A stretch of 64,000 nt of DNA from NCBI RefSeq assembly GCF_035084215.1, contig NW_027139581.1, positions 1,364,001-1,428,000 of the forward strand, read 5' to 3'. The translations under genes and the position numbers were made by a program. Of the stretch, positions 37,713-50,545 are shown piece after piece. The notes under the pieces were generated by a model. The model was not told the origin of the DNA. It worked only from the letters and a program-made list of their open reading frames with translations, and did not search any database. The first letter of the stretch is position 1; each line of letters opens with the position of its first letter. Origin of the DNA: Heptranchias perlo (lineage: Eukaryota).

Positions 37713-38611
37713 TTATTTAATGAATTTAACAATTCCAGTAAAGGGATATTTCACCACATTCTTCAACGCCTCTCTGAATTTAGTCTGGGTCACGGCATAA
37801 ATACACGTGTTGGTGCAGCAACTCAGGAGCTGGAGCATAAATCCCAGTTCTTGTACAAATTTAGGTAGAATCACAGGAATAAAGTCTAACACATATAATC
37901 GTTTCCATACAGAAAACAAAAGAAACACCGCCCATAACAGGATAAAATTCCCCGATATAACAAACAGTAAAATGATGGATTTCCTTCTCTTCTCCATCTC
38001 TGGGTCACTGGGACTCTCCCCACTGCTGTGGGCCCGGAGTTTCCTGCGGACTCTGCTCGACACTAAAATGTGTCTGACGGTGAAAGCATTGAGCAGCAGA
38101 ATCAGAACAAATGGAACAAATGGGGTTACAATATAATGAAGGAATTCAATTGCTGTCCACACCTGTGAATAACGAACATAACGTGATGCAAAACAAAACC
38201 AGGGAGAATTACTAATCCAATATTCACCTCCAAGCATAAAGTACCAGAAAGTGTTCTTCACACAGAACAGCACACTCACTGTTCCCAGAACCACAGCCGC
38301 CGTTTTCTCGGTGCAATATTTTGTTTTCAGCTTCTGGCAACAAATAGCCACAAATCGATCAAAGGTGAAAGTGACTGTGAACCAGACAGAACAGTCTGTG
38401 GCTGCGTAAAGCAGGACGGCGTGGATATTACACAATTTAAAGCCCCACATGAACTGAAACTGAGTCCAATAAAGCATAGGAATTTGCCTGAATATCAGAT
38501 CAGTGATAACGACCAGCAGATCCGCCGCTGCCATGGACACCAGGTAACGAGTGACACATTTGGAGAGACCGCACCTTCCTCGAGACAGGATCACAATCGT
38601 TACTAAGTTCA
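37713..38611 (-). CDS. Orphan class A GPCR (GPR139/GPR142-like), copy C, exon 2; intact, 331 aa when spliced
   Basis: ttacag acceptor (phase 1); MAAAD, FDRF, NTCIY and KFRE motifs; same architecture as copies A/B but a divergent subfamily. Confidence 0.92.
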
Positions 38612-38679
38612 CTGTAAGGAAGAGAAAAACAGGGAATTGTACATCAGACTGAGAGTAAAAGCAGCAGCCTGGTCGCTCA

Positions 38680-40400
38680 TCCCTGGGAACATTCTACTAA
38701 ATCTCCTCTGCACCCTCTCCAAGGCCTTGAAATACTTCCGAAAGTGTGATGCCCATAATTGGAGACAATTGGACAGCTGAGGCCTGACCAGTGATTTATA
38801 ACCAGTGGTTAGTCCACTCTTGGAGTATTGTGCACAGTTGTGATCTCCATTAATAACAATGGTTTAAAGGCACTGGAGTGAGTGCAAAACAGATTTACAA
38901 TGATGATACCAGAACTGAGAGGATTTACTTATCAGGAGAGGCTGAACAGGCTGGGACTCTTTTCTCTCCTTTTTTTCACTTGTGGTGTAGTGGGGGGACA
39001 AAACTCGTGGTCACAAATATAAGATAATAACCAACAAATCCAATAATCAGTTCAGGGGAGACTGAGTTACCCAGGGACTGGTTAGAATGTAGAGCTCGCT
39101 ACCACAAGGAATAGTTGAGGCGAATAGAATAGATGCATTTAAGCGGAAGTTAACTAAGTACAAGAGGGAGAAAGGAATGGAAGAATATGCTGATAGGGTG
39201 AGATGAAGTAGAATGGGAGGAGGCTCGTGTGGAGCATAAACACCGGCATGGACCAGTTGGGCCGAATGGCCTGTTTGTGAGCTGTAAATTCTATGTAATT
39301 CTATGTAACCCGAGTTTAGGAATTTTTAAATTGAGGCTTCGCTCGACCTTGAGCCAATGTAGGTCAGCAAGCAGAGGGGTGATGGGTGAACGGGACTAGG
39401 TGCGAGTTTGGATGCGGGCAGCAGAGTTTTGGAATAGCTCAAGTTTATGGAGGGTGGTGGGAACACCGGCGAGAAGAGCATTGGAATAGTCGAGTCCGGA
39501 GGTTAAAAAACCGCGGATCAGGATTTCAGAAGAAGATGGGCTGAGGCTGGGGCAGAGACGATGATGTTAGGGAGGTGGAAGTCGGCGAGCTTGGGGATGG
39601 AGAGGACATGGGGACAGAAGCTCAGCTCAGGGTCAAATAGAACGCCTACTAGTCCGGTTCAACCTCAGACTGTGACCAGGGAGGGGGATGGAATCAGTTG
39701 CGAATGAACGGAATTTGTGATAGGGGCCGAAGACAATGGCTTCAGTCTTTCTAATGTTTAAATGGACGAAATTTCTGCTCGTCCAGGATTGGACGTTGGA
39801 TTCGCAGTGAAGGGGTCGAGAGAGGCGGTGGTGAGAAACAGCTGGGTGTCAGTTACATGTGGAATCTGACTTTGTGTTTTCGGATGATGTCGCTGAGGGG
39901 AAGCTTCAATTTGTGAAATGGGAGGAGGTCAATGATTGTTCCTTGTGGGACACCAGAGATAACGGTGTGTGGGCGGGAAGATGAATCATTACAGGAGATT
40001 CCCTCGCGAATCCTGAATTGATAGGAATGGAAGCAGGCGAGGGCAGTCCCACCCAGTTGGACAACGGACGAGAGGCGTTGGAGGTGGCTGTTGCGGACAC
40101 CCGTGTCAAAGGCTGCAGACAGGCCAAGAAGGAAGAGGAGGGATAGTTTTCCACGGTCAGTCACATGGGATGTCTTTTGTGACTTTGATTCGGGCCGTCT
40201 CAGTGCTGTGTCAGCGGTGGAAACCTGATTGGAGAGGTTGCTAATGCATTTGCAGGAAAGATGGGCACAGATTTTGGAAACGACAACACGTTGAAGGAGA
40301 GGAAAGGGAGGTTGGAGATGGGGGCCGTAATTTACAATGACCGAGGGGTCATGGATTTTTTTTTGAGGATGGCGTGATGACGGCAGATTTGAAGAGGAGA
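38680..40400. mobile_element. CR1 fragments (38680-39310) and an L2 fragment (-, 39320-40400) in the GPCR C intron
   Basis: CR1 tail attctatgtaattctatg; L2-type RT LSAAFDT and GVPQG. Confidence 0.8.
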
Positions 40401-41182
40401 CGAGAGAGAACCGTGAATAAAAGGGTTAACTTTCCCCCTTTGGACATTAGATTTGGACATTGTAAGTTTAAACTGCAAAGGCAGCAATGTGCAGAAACTT
40501 TGAGAAGCTTCGGTTTTCAACAACAACTGATAAGAATGAAAGCAACGATGAGTAGAAGCTTCGAAAAGCTTCGAACTGGCTTCTGGTTCTCAAAACAACT
40601 AAGAACCTTAACAGATAACAACTTGGAAAAAACAATGCTGAAACAGTTAGAAACCCTTGGGAAAGACAATTCAAGTTACTTGTCCACAGGTAACAGGAGT
40701 TTTAAGATCTGCTGGTTATAGTTAATGACACTGATCTGTGGAAACCAGCGCGAACAGATAGGTCACCAATACACTCTGAAATATTGGACAATATCCAATA
40801 ATGATTCAGCTCCAGGCAGCTGTCTTACTCTTTGAACAAATATTTCTGATCCGATACTAGGGTTCAGTGCAGAGAGCAGACGGCAAACTGTTCAATAAAG
40901 AGAATCGTCCACCAACATTCCTTGTGTACGAGACTCAAATAACAGGCAAATCCTAAAAAATGACCATCAGTTGAAGAAAGTTATGAAAAGTAAATGGTGT
41001 TCATCGAACTGAGGCAGTGAATCGGCAACTGTTCACATGTTAAATGAAGGAAACAAGGTGCATTACCAGACACTGAACAAGAGGATTACACTGAATACAA
41101 TTAATAACCGGGTCTAAAGGACAAGGACAGTAAATACAATTAAACATGGTTTACAGAATAAACTGCTGAAATAATGACTTAC

Positions 41183-41279
41183 CAGGAACGCCAACAGCAG
41201 CGAGGAGCGGATAGTAAATCAGTTGCACATCAATAATTGCCCACAGAATCCGAAGCTGAATTGGAATATACCAGAACAT
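41183..41279 (-). CDS. GPCR copy C, exon 1 (MFWYIPIQLRILWAIIDVQLIYYPLLAAVGVP)
   Basis: IYYP...GVP motif as in copies A/B; GTAAGT donor; in-frame upstream stop; CATAAAT about 95 nt upstream. Confidence 0.88.
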
Positions 41280-41739
41280 TCTTTCATTATCTCTGAGATC
41301 CAATGATCACTGTTTGTACTGGAGGCAAAGCTGCATCAAACACTCTGATGTGACGCCTTGAAAACAGTCCCTATTTATGGCCTGAGGGAACTCTCCAGTG
41401 AGACAATTAAACGACACATTGACATTAATTGAGGTCAGTAAACAAACAGGTTAGGTAAATCCCTTAACACCGTCACTCCATATTGAAAATTACAGGTAAA
41501 CAAGCATTTTACTGATGTGAAGTGAAGCTACCGAAAGTTCTGAATATTACTTAAAGAAAATTATGTAAAAAAAGAAAATATGAATCCCGCAGTCTGACAG
41601 TACTGATGTGAAGAGAGAGCAGCTTCACTGACAGAGTTCAGATTATTTCTGTGAATTCAGCCGGCAATTTCAGAATTTTTCAAATACGTTTTCTGGGGTG
41701 GAGTTAACAAAAGTGCAAAAGACAACAAGGATAGATTAA

Positions 41740-44125
41740 AGTAATGGTCAGTCAGTATATATTGGGACTGATAATATAGTGGTCAGTAAGGATACATGGG
41801 GACTGAAAATATAATAGTCAGCAAGGATACATTGGGGCTGATAATACAATGGTCAGTAAGGATACACGGGGGCTGATAATACAATGGTCAGTAAGGAGAC
41901 ATGGGGGATGATAATACAATGGTCAGCAAGGATACATGGGGGCTGATAATACAATGGTCAGAAAGGATACACGGGGACTGATAATACAATGGTCAGTAAG
42001 GATACACGGGGGCTGATGATACAATGGTCAGTAAGAACACATTTGGTGTAAATGCAATGTCCTTTACGGATACATGTGGGTGACAACTGAATGTTTTGTA
42101 AGGATTCTTGAATGCAGATAATGCAATGATCATTAGCGGGGTTTGCTCATGCAATGGTCAGAAGAACACATTTGTGTGATAATGTAATGGTCAGTAAGAA
42201 CACAGCGGAATGATAATACAGTAGTCAGTAAGAATACCTGGGTTTATACTACAATGGTCAGTAAGGATACATGGGGTGTGATACTGCCATGGTCAGTAAC
42301 TGTAAATGGGGCAGATAATATAATGGTCACCAATAATGTGTAGGGGTGATAATACAATGGTGAGTCCGGATACTTGAGATGTGATAATGCAATGGTCGAT
42401 CAGGATACTTGGATGCAGATGATACAATGGTCAATTATGATACATGGGGGTTATAATACAATGGGCAGTAAGGATACTTGGGGGCTGATAATGTAATGGT
42501 CAGTAAGGAGAGATGGGATTGATAATACAATGGTCAGTAATTATACATGGGGTGTGATAATGCAATGGCAGTAAGGATACATCGGTGGTAATAATGCAAT
42601 GATCAGTAAAAATACACGGGGCTGATAATACAATATTCATTAAGGATACACGGGGCCGTTAATTTAATGGTCAGTAAGAATACATAGGATCTGCCATTTA
42701 CATGCTTATTTAGGATACTTTAGGCAAATAATACAATGGTCAGTAAGGATACATGGGGTCTGATAATAGAGTGGTCTGTAAGAACACATGGTGGTGGTAA
42801 TACAATGGTCAGTAAAGGTACTTGGACACAGATATTACAATTGTCAGTACGAATACATGTGAGTGATAATGCAATGGTCATTAAGAATACATGAAGGTTC
42901 ATAATAGAATGGCCAGTCAGAATACATGGGATTGATAATCCGTTGGTCAGTAAGGATACACGGGGAGTGATAATACAATGGTCAGTCAGGATACACGGGG
43001 AGTGATAATACAATGGTCAGTCAGGATACATGGGGGCTGATAATACAATGGTCAGTCAGTAAAAATGGGGTGATCACAGAATGGTCAGTGTGGACACATA
43101 TTGTGTGATAATGCAATGGTCAGTAGGAATACATGTGGTGGGATAATACAATGGTCAGGAAGAGTACCTGGGATGTGTCAGTGCAATGGTCAGTAAAGAT
43201 ACTTGGATGAAGATAATACAGTTGTCAGTGAGAATGTATGTGGATGAAAATAAAATGGTCAGTAAGAATACAAACAATTGTCAGTAAGGATATATGTGGT
43301 GTGCTGATACAATGCTGAGTAAGAATACATGGGAAAGATAATGTAATGGTCAGTAAGAAGATATGAAGGTGGTAATGCAACAGTCAGTCAGAATATATGG
43401 GAGCGATAATACAACAGGCAGTAAGTATACAGGGGCTGATAATACAATGGTCAGTAAGTATACAGGGGCTGATAATACAATGGTCAGTAAGTATACAGGG
43501 GCTGATAATACAATGGTCAGTAAGTATAAACGGGGGCTGACAATGCAATGGTCATTAAGTATACATGGGAGTGACAATAGAATGGTCAGTAAGTGTACAC
43601 TGCGGCGGATAATACAATGGTCAGTCGGTGTACATGCGGACTGATAATACAATGATCATTAAGGACACATGGCGACTGATAATACAATGGTCAGTAAGGA
43701 TATATGGGGGCTGATAATTCAATGGTCAGTCAGGATACATGGTGGCTGATAATACAATGGTCAGTAAGGATACATGTGGACTGATGATACAATGATCAGT
43801 AAGGATACATGTGGACTGATGATACAATGATCAGTCAGGGCACATGGGGACTGATAATACAATGGTCAGTGAGGATACATGGGGACTGATAATACAATGG
43901 TCAGTAAGGACACATGTTGACTGATAATACAATGGTCAGGAAGGACACATGGGGACTGATATTACAATGGTCAGTCAGGATACACTGGGGCTGATAATAC
44001 AATGGTCAGTAAGGATACATGGGGGCTGATAATACAATGGTCAGTAAGGATATATAGGGGCTGATAATTCAATGGTCAGTAAGGATACATGGGGTCTGAT
44101 AATACAATTGTCAGGAAGGATCCAT
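41740..44125. repeat. 35-bp satellite/minisatellite, roughly 65-70 copies
   Basis: Consensus ataatacaatggtcagtaaggatacatgggggctg. Confidence 0.95.
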
Positions 44126-44126
44126 G

Positions 44127-45613
44127 AGGCAGATCTTGCCAGAAATCGCTCGGAGCGTCGAATCGACGATCATTGCCGCTCCTTCGATTTAAATTAACGA
44201 AATTCCTTCCAGCGGGCTTTTCGGCGTCGAATTGTTTGAATTGGACCATGAATCCAATCCTTCTCAGTCCCCCGAACCTCTGAGCAGCGTTGGTTGCCGC
44301 GGCTGGAAATGTCTGTGAGAGGAGAAGACACGCCCACAAAATCTGTCAGGAAGTGAAGTCACGCCCACAGCTCCAGCCTTCATTGCTCAAAGAGGTGAAC
44401 AGACTTCTCATTGAAAGTTAGTGTTCTTCATGTAATTGTTAATTCAAAACAAAGTTTTTTATAAAAAGCCGAATTTAAATGCATTTTTAAAAAGCAGTGG
44501 AAACTTAAATAAACAGTCTTTAAAAAGGAGTGTAAAATAAAATGAACTATTTTTGAAAAGGCTGTTTTTACACTGAGAAAAATGATGGAACAGCAAAAGA
44601 TGAATGAGAAGAGGTGAAACAAATGTTGTGATGAAGACCTCTCCACACTCCTCAATGAGGTTGAGGTGAGGCTTCGGGGCTTCTGGGGAACGGAAGTTTC
44701 GGGCGGCACAGAAAGTTAGCTTGTTGGTGTGGAAGGGGGTGGCACAGGTTCTGAGCACGAACAGCACCGTGTCACGGAGAGCGGAACAGGGCCGCAAAAA
44801 ATCAATGATTTAATGCAGTCGGCCAGGATGTATAGAGAGTTAGAGAAATTCAAAAGTTCAGATTTAAATGTGCTGAGTTTAACTAATGCATAAACACAGG
44901 TTGTTTCTGGGTGGTGTGGTCAAGGTTCAATCTAATGGCAACTGGTCGTAAAACTCAGTTGCCATTGTGGACCGGCCTCACTAAATGCTTTTAGAGATCT
45001 TTTATCCCTACTCCAGAGATTTGAGGTGTTAAATTACAATTAGTGAATTAGACCCTGTCTCCAAACCCCCAACTTATCTCTCTCACACAAACAAGCACAA
45101 TCTGATTTTTATTGTTCAATATCCTGTAGTGTAAAATGGCTTTTAACAACCGTGAGAGGTCGAAGACCGGCGGCGGTTCAGCCTTTATGAGGGAGATGAC
45201 CGAGCATGAAGAAAGGGCCACTCAGCTGCAGGGCAACACTTCCAGTTTCGTGCCTGGTGACCGATGAGACACTGGAGCGAGGAAAGGTGAGTTTCACATT
45301 CCTCTATTGGCCAGCTGCATGTTTAAAACCTGCGTGTTGTCTGAAGGATGGGAAAAGGAGATTCGAGTCTGACCATGGTCGTGCAGCGTGTGGGCGTCTG
45401 TGATGTGACCGATGAACATGCTTCACCAGTGGAACATTTTGTTCTTCCTTCCCACAGGTGCACAGCCGTCTGAGGACACTCGGGCTGCAGAAGGTGGTGA
45501 GTCGGCGGCGGCAGAGAGTGATGGTGTTTGTGCTGCAGAGGGTGATGGTGTTTGTGCTGCAGAGGGTGATGGTGTTTGGGCTGCAGAGAGTGATGGTGTT
45601 TTTGCTGCAGAGG
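44127..45613 (+). mobile_element. Second Harbinger fragment: putative terminus/promoter plus Myb/SANT exons 1 (44582-44827), 2 (45130-45286) and the start of 3 (45458)
   Basis: DEDLSTLLNEVEVR...WKGVAQVL...RRAEQGRKK.NDL...AR is a Myb_DNA-bind_5-type domain, followed by KTGGG; contains stops and frameshifts. Confidence 0.8.
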
Positions 45614-45789
45614 GAAAAAAATCAGGGCTACGGGGGGGGGGGGGGGCAGTGGGAATAACTGGAATGCTCTTGCATGGAGCCGGCACGGACCGAATGGCCG
45701 AATCGCCTCCTTCCGTGCTGTCACCTTTCCATGTTTCTCTGATGCAAATTGAAGAAGATTTCAAGTGAGCAGTATCAAAATGCAACAAC

Positions 45790-45872
45790 TACCAGGAGTG
45801 GGGTACGAACCCACGCGGGTATAAACCCATGAGAGTTGAAGTCCAACGCTTTAACCACTCGGCCATCCTGGT
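45790..45872 (-). pseudogene. tRNA-Leu-derived gene with anticodon TCA (opal), probably non-functional
   Basis: Reverse complement ACCAGGATGGCCGAGTGGTTAAAGCGTTGGA-CTTCAAC-TCTCATGGGTTTATACCCGCGTGGGTTCGTACCCCACTCCTGGTA. Confidence 0.8.
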
Positions 45873-46094
45873 CGTTTCGCAGTTTAGCGTGGTGTGTAAT
45901 ATTCTTGAGTCTCACTGCTTCATTTTCATTGTCAGTCAAAGTCCAGGATGAAATGATGTGTGGAGCGGGGAAAGTGTGACAGAGAGAAACTCTGAAAAGC
46001 GTTGAAGAAGTGACACACACGCTCAGACACATGACACACACACACACACACAGCCAGGTACACCTCCATGTGTGAGTGTGTGATGTGTCTGTCC

Positions 46095-47340
46095 GTGCGA
46101 TCCCCGTCCGTGCCGGCTTCAATTTTTAATGAAATGACCCATTTGATGTCAGTTTGTTGAACTTTCCACGGTCCACTGTTTGAAGAAGACTCACCGTTCA
46201 CATTTCCATCTCTCTGTTGGTTAAGATCCAGAATAAAGTGATGTGGGGTGCGAGGAAAAGAGTGATAAAGAGAGACACTCAGAAAGAGAGAGAGACACTG
46301 GGACAGAAAGAGACTCTCTCGGTCTGTCTGAGTCTGTGTCAGTCTCTCTCCCTCCATCTGTCCAATACCCGCAGATTTGAGAATCACAGGGTCAAAGAAG
46401 GAAACAGATTGGAACACATTGAGCCTGTGTCCTGTTTCAAAACCGACTCCCAGGAAAACGGCTCCGGTTGAATCGTTAAATGGTCCAAGTTATTCCGGCC
46501 AGTTTGACCTCCTCCCTGAGATGGCGAGACACGGGGACGTGGGGCGATTGAAAGGCTTCGGAAAAACCAGTTCCAATTGGATATTCTCCATCGTGGTGAG
46601 ATATCCCCCCTCAGCCAGGGATTCAGCTCCCCGACGGGGAGGAAGCATTTTTAAGACGCCAATTACAAATTTTACTTCTTTGCCTCGCTTCTTCTTCAAA
46701 AACGACAGAGAAAAATAGAACAGAAAAAGAATGAAACAGGTGATTGTCACTTTCAGAATATTATTGAGCGGAGACTGTTTGGGGACTGAATTCTTGGGGC
46801 CCGTCTGTTGCAGAGCACAAATGTGTTCCGATCTGTTTCCTTCTTTGACCCTGTGATTCTCAGATCTGCGGGTATTAGAGAGAGAGAGGGGGAGAGACAA
46901 ACAGACAGAGAGAGAGAGAGATACAGAGGGAGAGAGACAAAGACTGATCCTGAGAGACACCTTGAAACATGAAGGTGGGGGGAGAGATTTAACGATTATT
47001 CCTGTGTGTGTAATATACCTGTTTGTGTGTGTGTCTCACTTTTTCCAACGTTTTCTGAGTGGTTCTCTCTTTCTCTCTCTGTCACTCTCTCCCGCGCTCC
47101 CCACATCACGTTATTCTGGACCTTGACGAACAGAGAGATGGAAATGTGAAAGGTCAGTCTTCTTTCAACAGTGGCCCGTGGAAACCAGGGTTCAATTTCC
47201 CGACCGGGAGGTTATTGTTTTTTTGCCTTTAAAAGCTTCACTTTCATTTCTCTTGCAATTTATCTCCAAGTGGAGGTTTACCAGAAAGATCCCACATACA
47301 ACAATGAAATGGATGGTCAGTCAATCTGCGTTTTGGTGGT
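46095..47340 (-). repeat. Inverted duplicate of about 22935-24280 (the Thr gene is reduced to its 3' end near 46099-46114)
   Basis: Near-identical reverse-complement sequence; the ORF track shows matching spurious ORFs. Confidence 0.9.
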
Positions 47341-47738
47341 GTTAGTTGAGGGAGGAAAGATAACTTCCTTAATAATGGATTCTAACATTTTCATTTTAGG
47401 CACAGACACACACAGCCATGTACACACGCAGACACTGATACACCGATAGATACTCACACACAAAGGTACACACACTGAGAGACAGACACACACAAAGGTA
47501 CACAGACAGAGAGACAGACACACACAAAGGTACACAGACAGAGAGACAGACATACACAAAGGTACACAGACAGAGACAGACACACACAAAGGTACACACA
47601 CACAGAGACAGACACACACGTGTAGATTGAAACGCAGAGATGAAAGGTCATCAAATAAATGGATAAAATAGGTTCACTGAAATTTGAAGCGTGTCTCCCG
47701 CCGTCTCTGGTGAGTGTCCTTTCTGTGGCCACGCCGGC

Positions 47739-47811
47739 TCCTCGTTAATACAGTGCTGAGTATCCCCGCCTGTCACTCGGGGGACCGCGGGTCAATTCGC
47801 AAGACGGGGAG
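47739..47811 (+). pseudogene. tRNA-Asp(GTC) relic
   Basis: TCCTCGTTAATACAGTGCTGAGTATCCCCGCCTGTCACTCGGGGGACC...GACGGGGAG; T arm disrupted. Confidence 0.8.
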
Positions 47812-48199
47812 ATTATACATTTGCTGCTTTTAAATGGTTCGCATTCATTTCTCTTGCAGTTTTCTGAGTGCTTCTGTGTCCTTCCTTCTCTCTGTCACTC
47901 TTTCCTCATCCCCAACAGCATTTTAGTCAGGACTTTGACTGACAAAGTGATGAAAAATGACACAGAGCCGCAGAACTGGTCCAGTTGTCAGCCGTCGCTC
48001 AGTGGGGAGCACTCTCGGCAGCGAGCACACAATCTGCTGAAAGAAGGCTTGTCTTTCACATTTCAATCTCTTTGTCAGTAAAGATGAAATGATGTGGGGA
48101 GCGGGGGAAAGAGTGACAGAGGGAAAGAACGATAGAGAGACACTCGGAAAAGCTTTGAAGAAGTGAGACACACACAGACAGACACATGAGACACACAGC

Positions 48200-49060
48200 C
48201 ATCATAGAATCTAAGAAAATTTGCGGCACAGAAGGAGGCCATTCGGCCCATCGTGTCCACGCCATCTGAGAAACGAGCCACCAAGCCGAATCCAACCTTC
48301 CCGCATTTGGTCCGTTGCCCTGCAGGTCACGGCTCTTCAGGTGCACATCCAGGTATTTTTGAAATGAGTTGAGGGTTTCTGCCTCTATCACCCTCTCAGG
48401 CAGTGAGTTCCAGATCCCCACCACATTCTGGGTGGAAATGTTTTCCACATTTCCGCTCTAATCCTTCTACCAATCACTTTAAATCTATGCCCCCTGGTTA
48501 ATGAACCCTCCGTTAATGGAAATAAGTCCTTCCTATCCACTCTATCAAGGCCCCTCATAATTTTGTACACCTCAATCAAATCTCCCCTCAGCCTCCTCTG
48601 TTCCAAGGAAAACAACCCCAGCCCATCCAATCTGTCATCATAGCTAAAATTCTCCAGTCCTGGTAACATCCTTCTAAATCTCCTCTGCACCCTCTCTAAT
48701 GTAGTTACATCCTTCCTGTAATGTGGTGACCAGAACTCTGCGCAGTACTCAAGCTGTGGCCTAACTAGTGTTTTATACAGTTCCAGCATAACCTCCCTGC
48801 TTTTATATTCTATGCCTCCGCTAATAAAGGAAAGTATCCCGTATGCCTTCTTAACCACCTTATCTACCTGTCCTGCTACCTTCAGGGATCGGTGGACATG
48901 CACTTCAAAGTCCCTCAATTCCTCGACACCTTTCAGTATCCTCCCATTTATTGTGTATTCCCTTGCCTTGTTTGCCCTCCCCAATTGCATTAACTTTACA
49001 CTTCCCTGGACTGAACTCCATTTGCCACCTATTTGCCCACCTGACCAGTCCATTCATATC
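48200..49060 (-). mobile_element. CR1 3' portion
   Basis: VRPQLEYCAEFWSP and RRLRGDLIEVYKI. Confidence 0.9.
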
Positions 49061-50545
49061 TTCCTGCTTTCGTTTTCCAAAATTCACTGGATACAGGCGT
49101 ATTGCCAGAGGATTGGAGGACTGCTAATGTTGCACTGTTGTTTGAAAAGGGACCGAAAGATAGGCCAGTCATTCTCACCTCGTGGTGGGCAAATTATCGG
49201 AATCAATTCTGAAGGACAGGATAAACTGTCATTTAAAAGGACAGTCAAGGACAGTCAGCACGGATTTGTTAACGGGAGGTTGCGTCTGACTGACTTGATT
49301 GAATTTTTCGAGGAGGTGACCAGGAGGATCGATGGGGGTAGCGCAATTGATGTAGTCTACATGGATTTTAGCAAGGCTTTTGACAAGGTCCCACATGGCA
49401 GATTGGTCAAAAAAGTAAAGGCCCATGGGATCCAAGGGAATGTGGCAAATTGGATCCAAAATTGGCTCAGTTGCAGGGAGGAAAGTGTTAACGTCGACGG
49501 GTGTTTTTGTGACTAGAAGGCTGTTTCCAGTGGGGTGCCGCAGGGCTCCGGTATTAGGCTCTTTGCTTTTTCTTGTGCACATTAACGATTTGGACTTAAA
49601 CGTAGGGGGCATGATTAAGAAATTTGCGGATGACACAAAGATATGCCGTGCGGTTGATAGTGAGGAAGAAAGCTATAGACTGAAGGAAGATATCAATGGA
49701 CTGGTCAGATGGGCAGAAAAGTGGCAAATGGAATTCAATCCGGTGAAGTGTGAGGTAATGCATTTGGAAAGGGCAAACAAGGAAAGGGAGTACACAATAA
49801 ATAGGATGATACTGAGAGGTGCAGAGGAATTGAGGGACCTTGGAGTGCATGTCCACAGATCTCTGAAGGTAGCAGGACAGGTGGATATGGTGGTTAAAAA
49901 GACATACGGAATGCTTCGCTTTATTAGCCGAGGCATAGAATGCAAAATCATGGATGTTATGCTAGAACTGTATAAAACACTAGTTAGGCCACAGCTTGAG
50001 TACTGCGCACAGTTCTGGTCACCAAATTACAGGAAGGATGTAATTGCACGAGAGAGGGTGCAGAGGAGATTTAGTAGGATGTTGCCAGGATTGGAGAATT
50101 TTAGCTATGATGACAGATTGGATAGGCTGGGGTTGTTTTCCTTGGAACAGAGGAGGCTGAGGGGTGATTTGATTGAGGTGTACAAAATTATGAGGGGCCG
50201 AGATAGAGTGGATAGGAAGGACCTATTTCCCTTGGCGGAGGCGTCAATAAGCAAGGAGCATAGATTTAAAGTGATTGGTATTACTTTTAGGATTAGAGCG
50301 GAAATGAGGAAAAAAAAATCACCCAGAGGTTGGTGGGGGTCTCGAACTCACTGCCTGAAAGAGTTGTTTGAGGCAGAAACCCTTAACTCATTTCAACAAT
50401 ACCTGGATGTGCACCTGAAGAGCCGTGACCTGCAGGGCTACGGACCAAATGCGGGAAAGTGGAATTAGGCCGGGTGTCTCGGTTCTCAGCCAGCGCAGAC
50501 AGGAAAGGCCGAATTGCCTCCTTCTGTGCCATAAATTTTCAATGC
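49061..50545 (+). mobile_element. CR1 RT and 3' end (same subfamily, opposite orientation)
   Basis: 347-aa RT C-terminal ORF with FADD. Confidence 0.9.

Noticed and set aside
40400-41130. Possible LTR remnant in the GPCR C intron
   Set aside because: No paired LTR, TG..CA ends, primer-binding site or coding motif that I can support by eye.
41740-44125. CRISPR-like periodicity
   Set aside because: Contiguous tandem units with no unique spacers, no cas genes, and a vertebrate context.
45790-45872. Selenocysteine tRNA
   Set aside because: The body is a copy of the Leu-TAA gene at 19686 and lacks tRNA-Sec structure.
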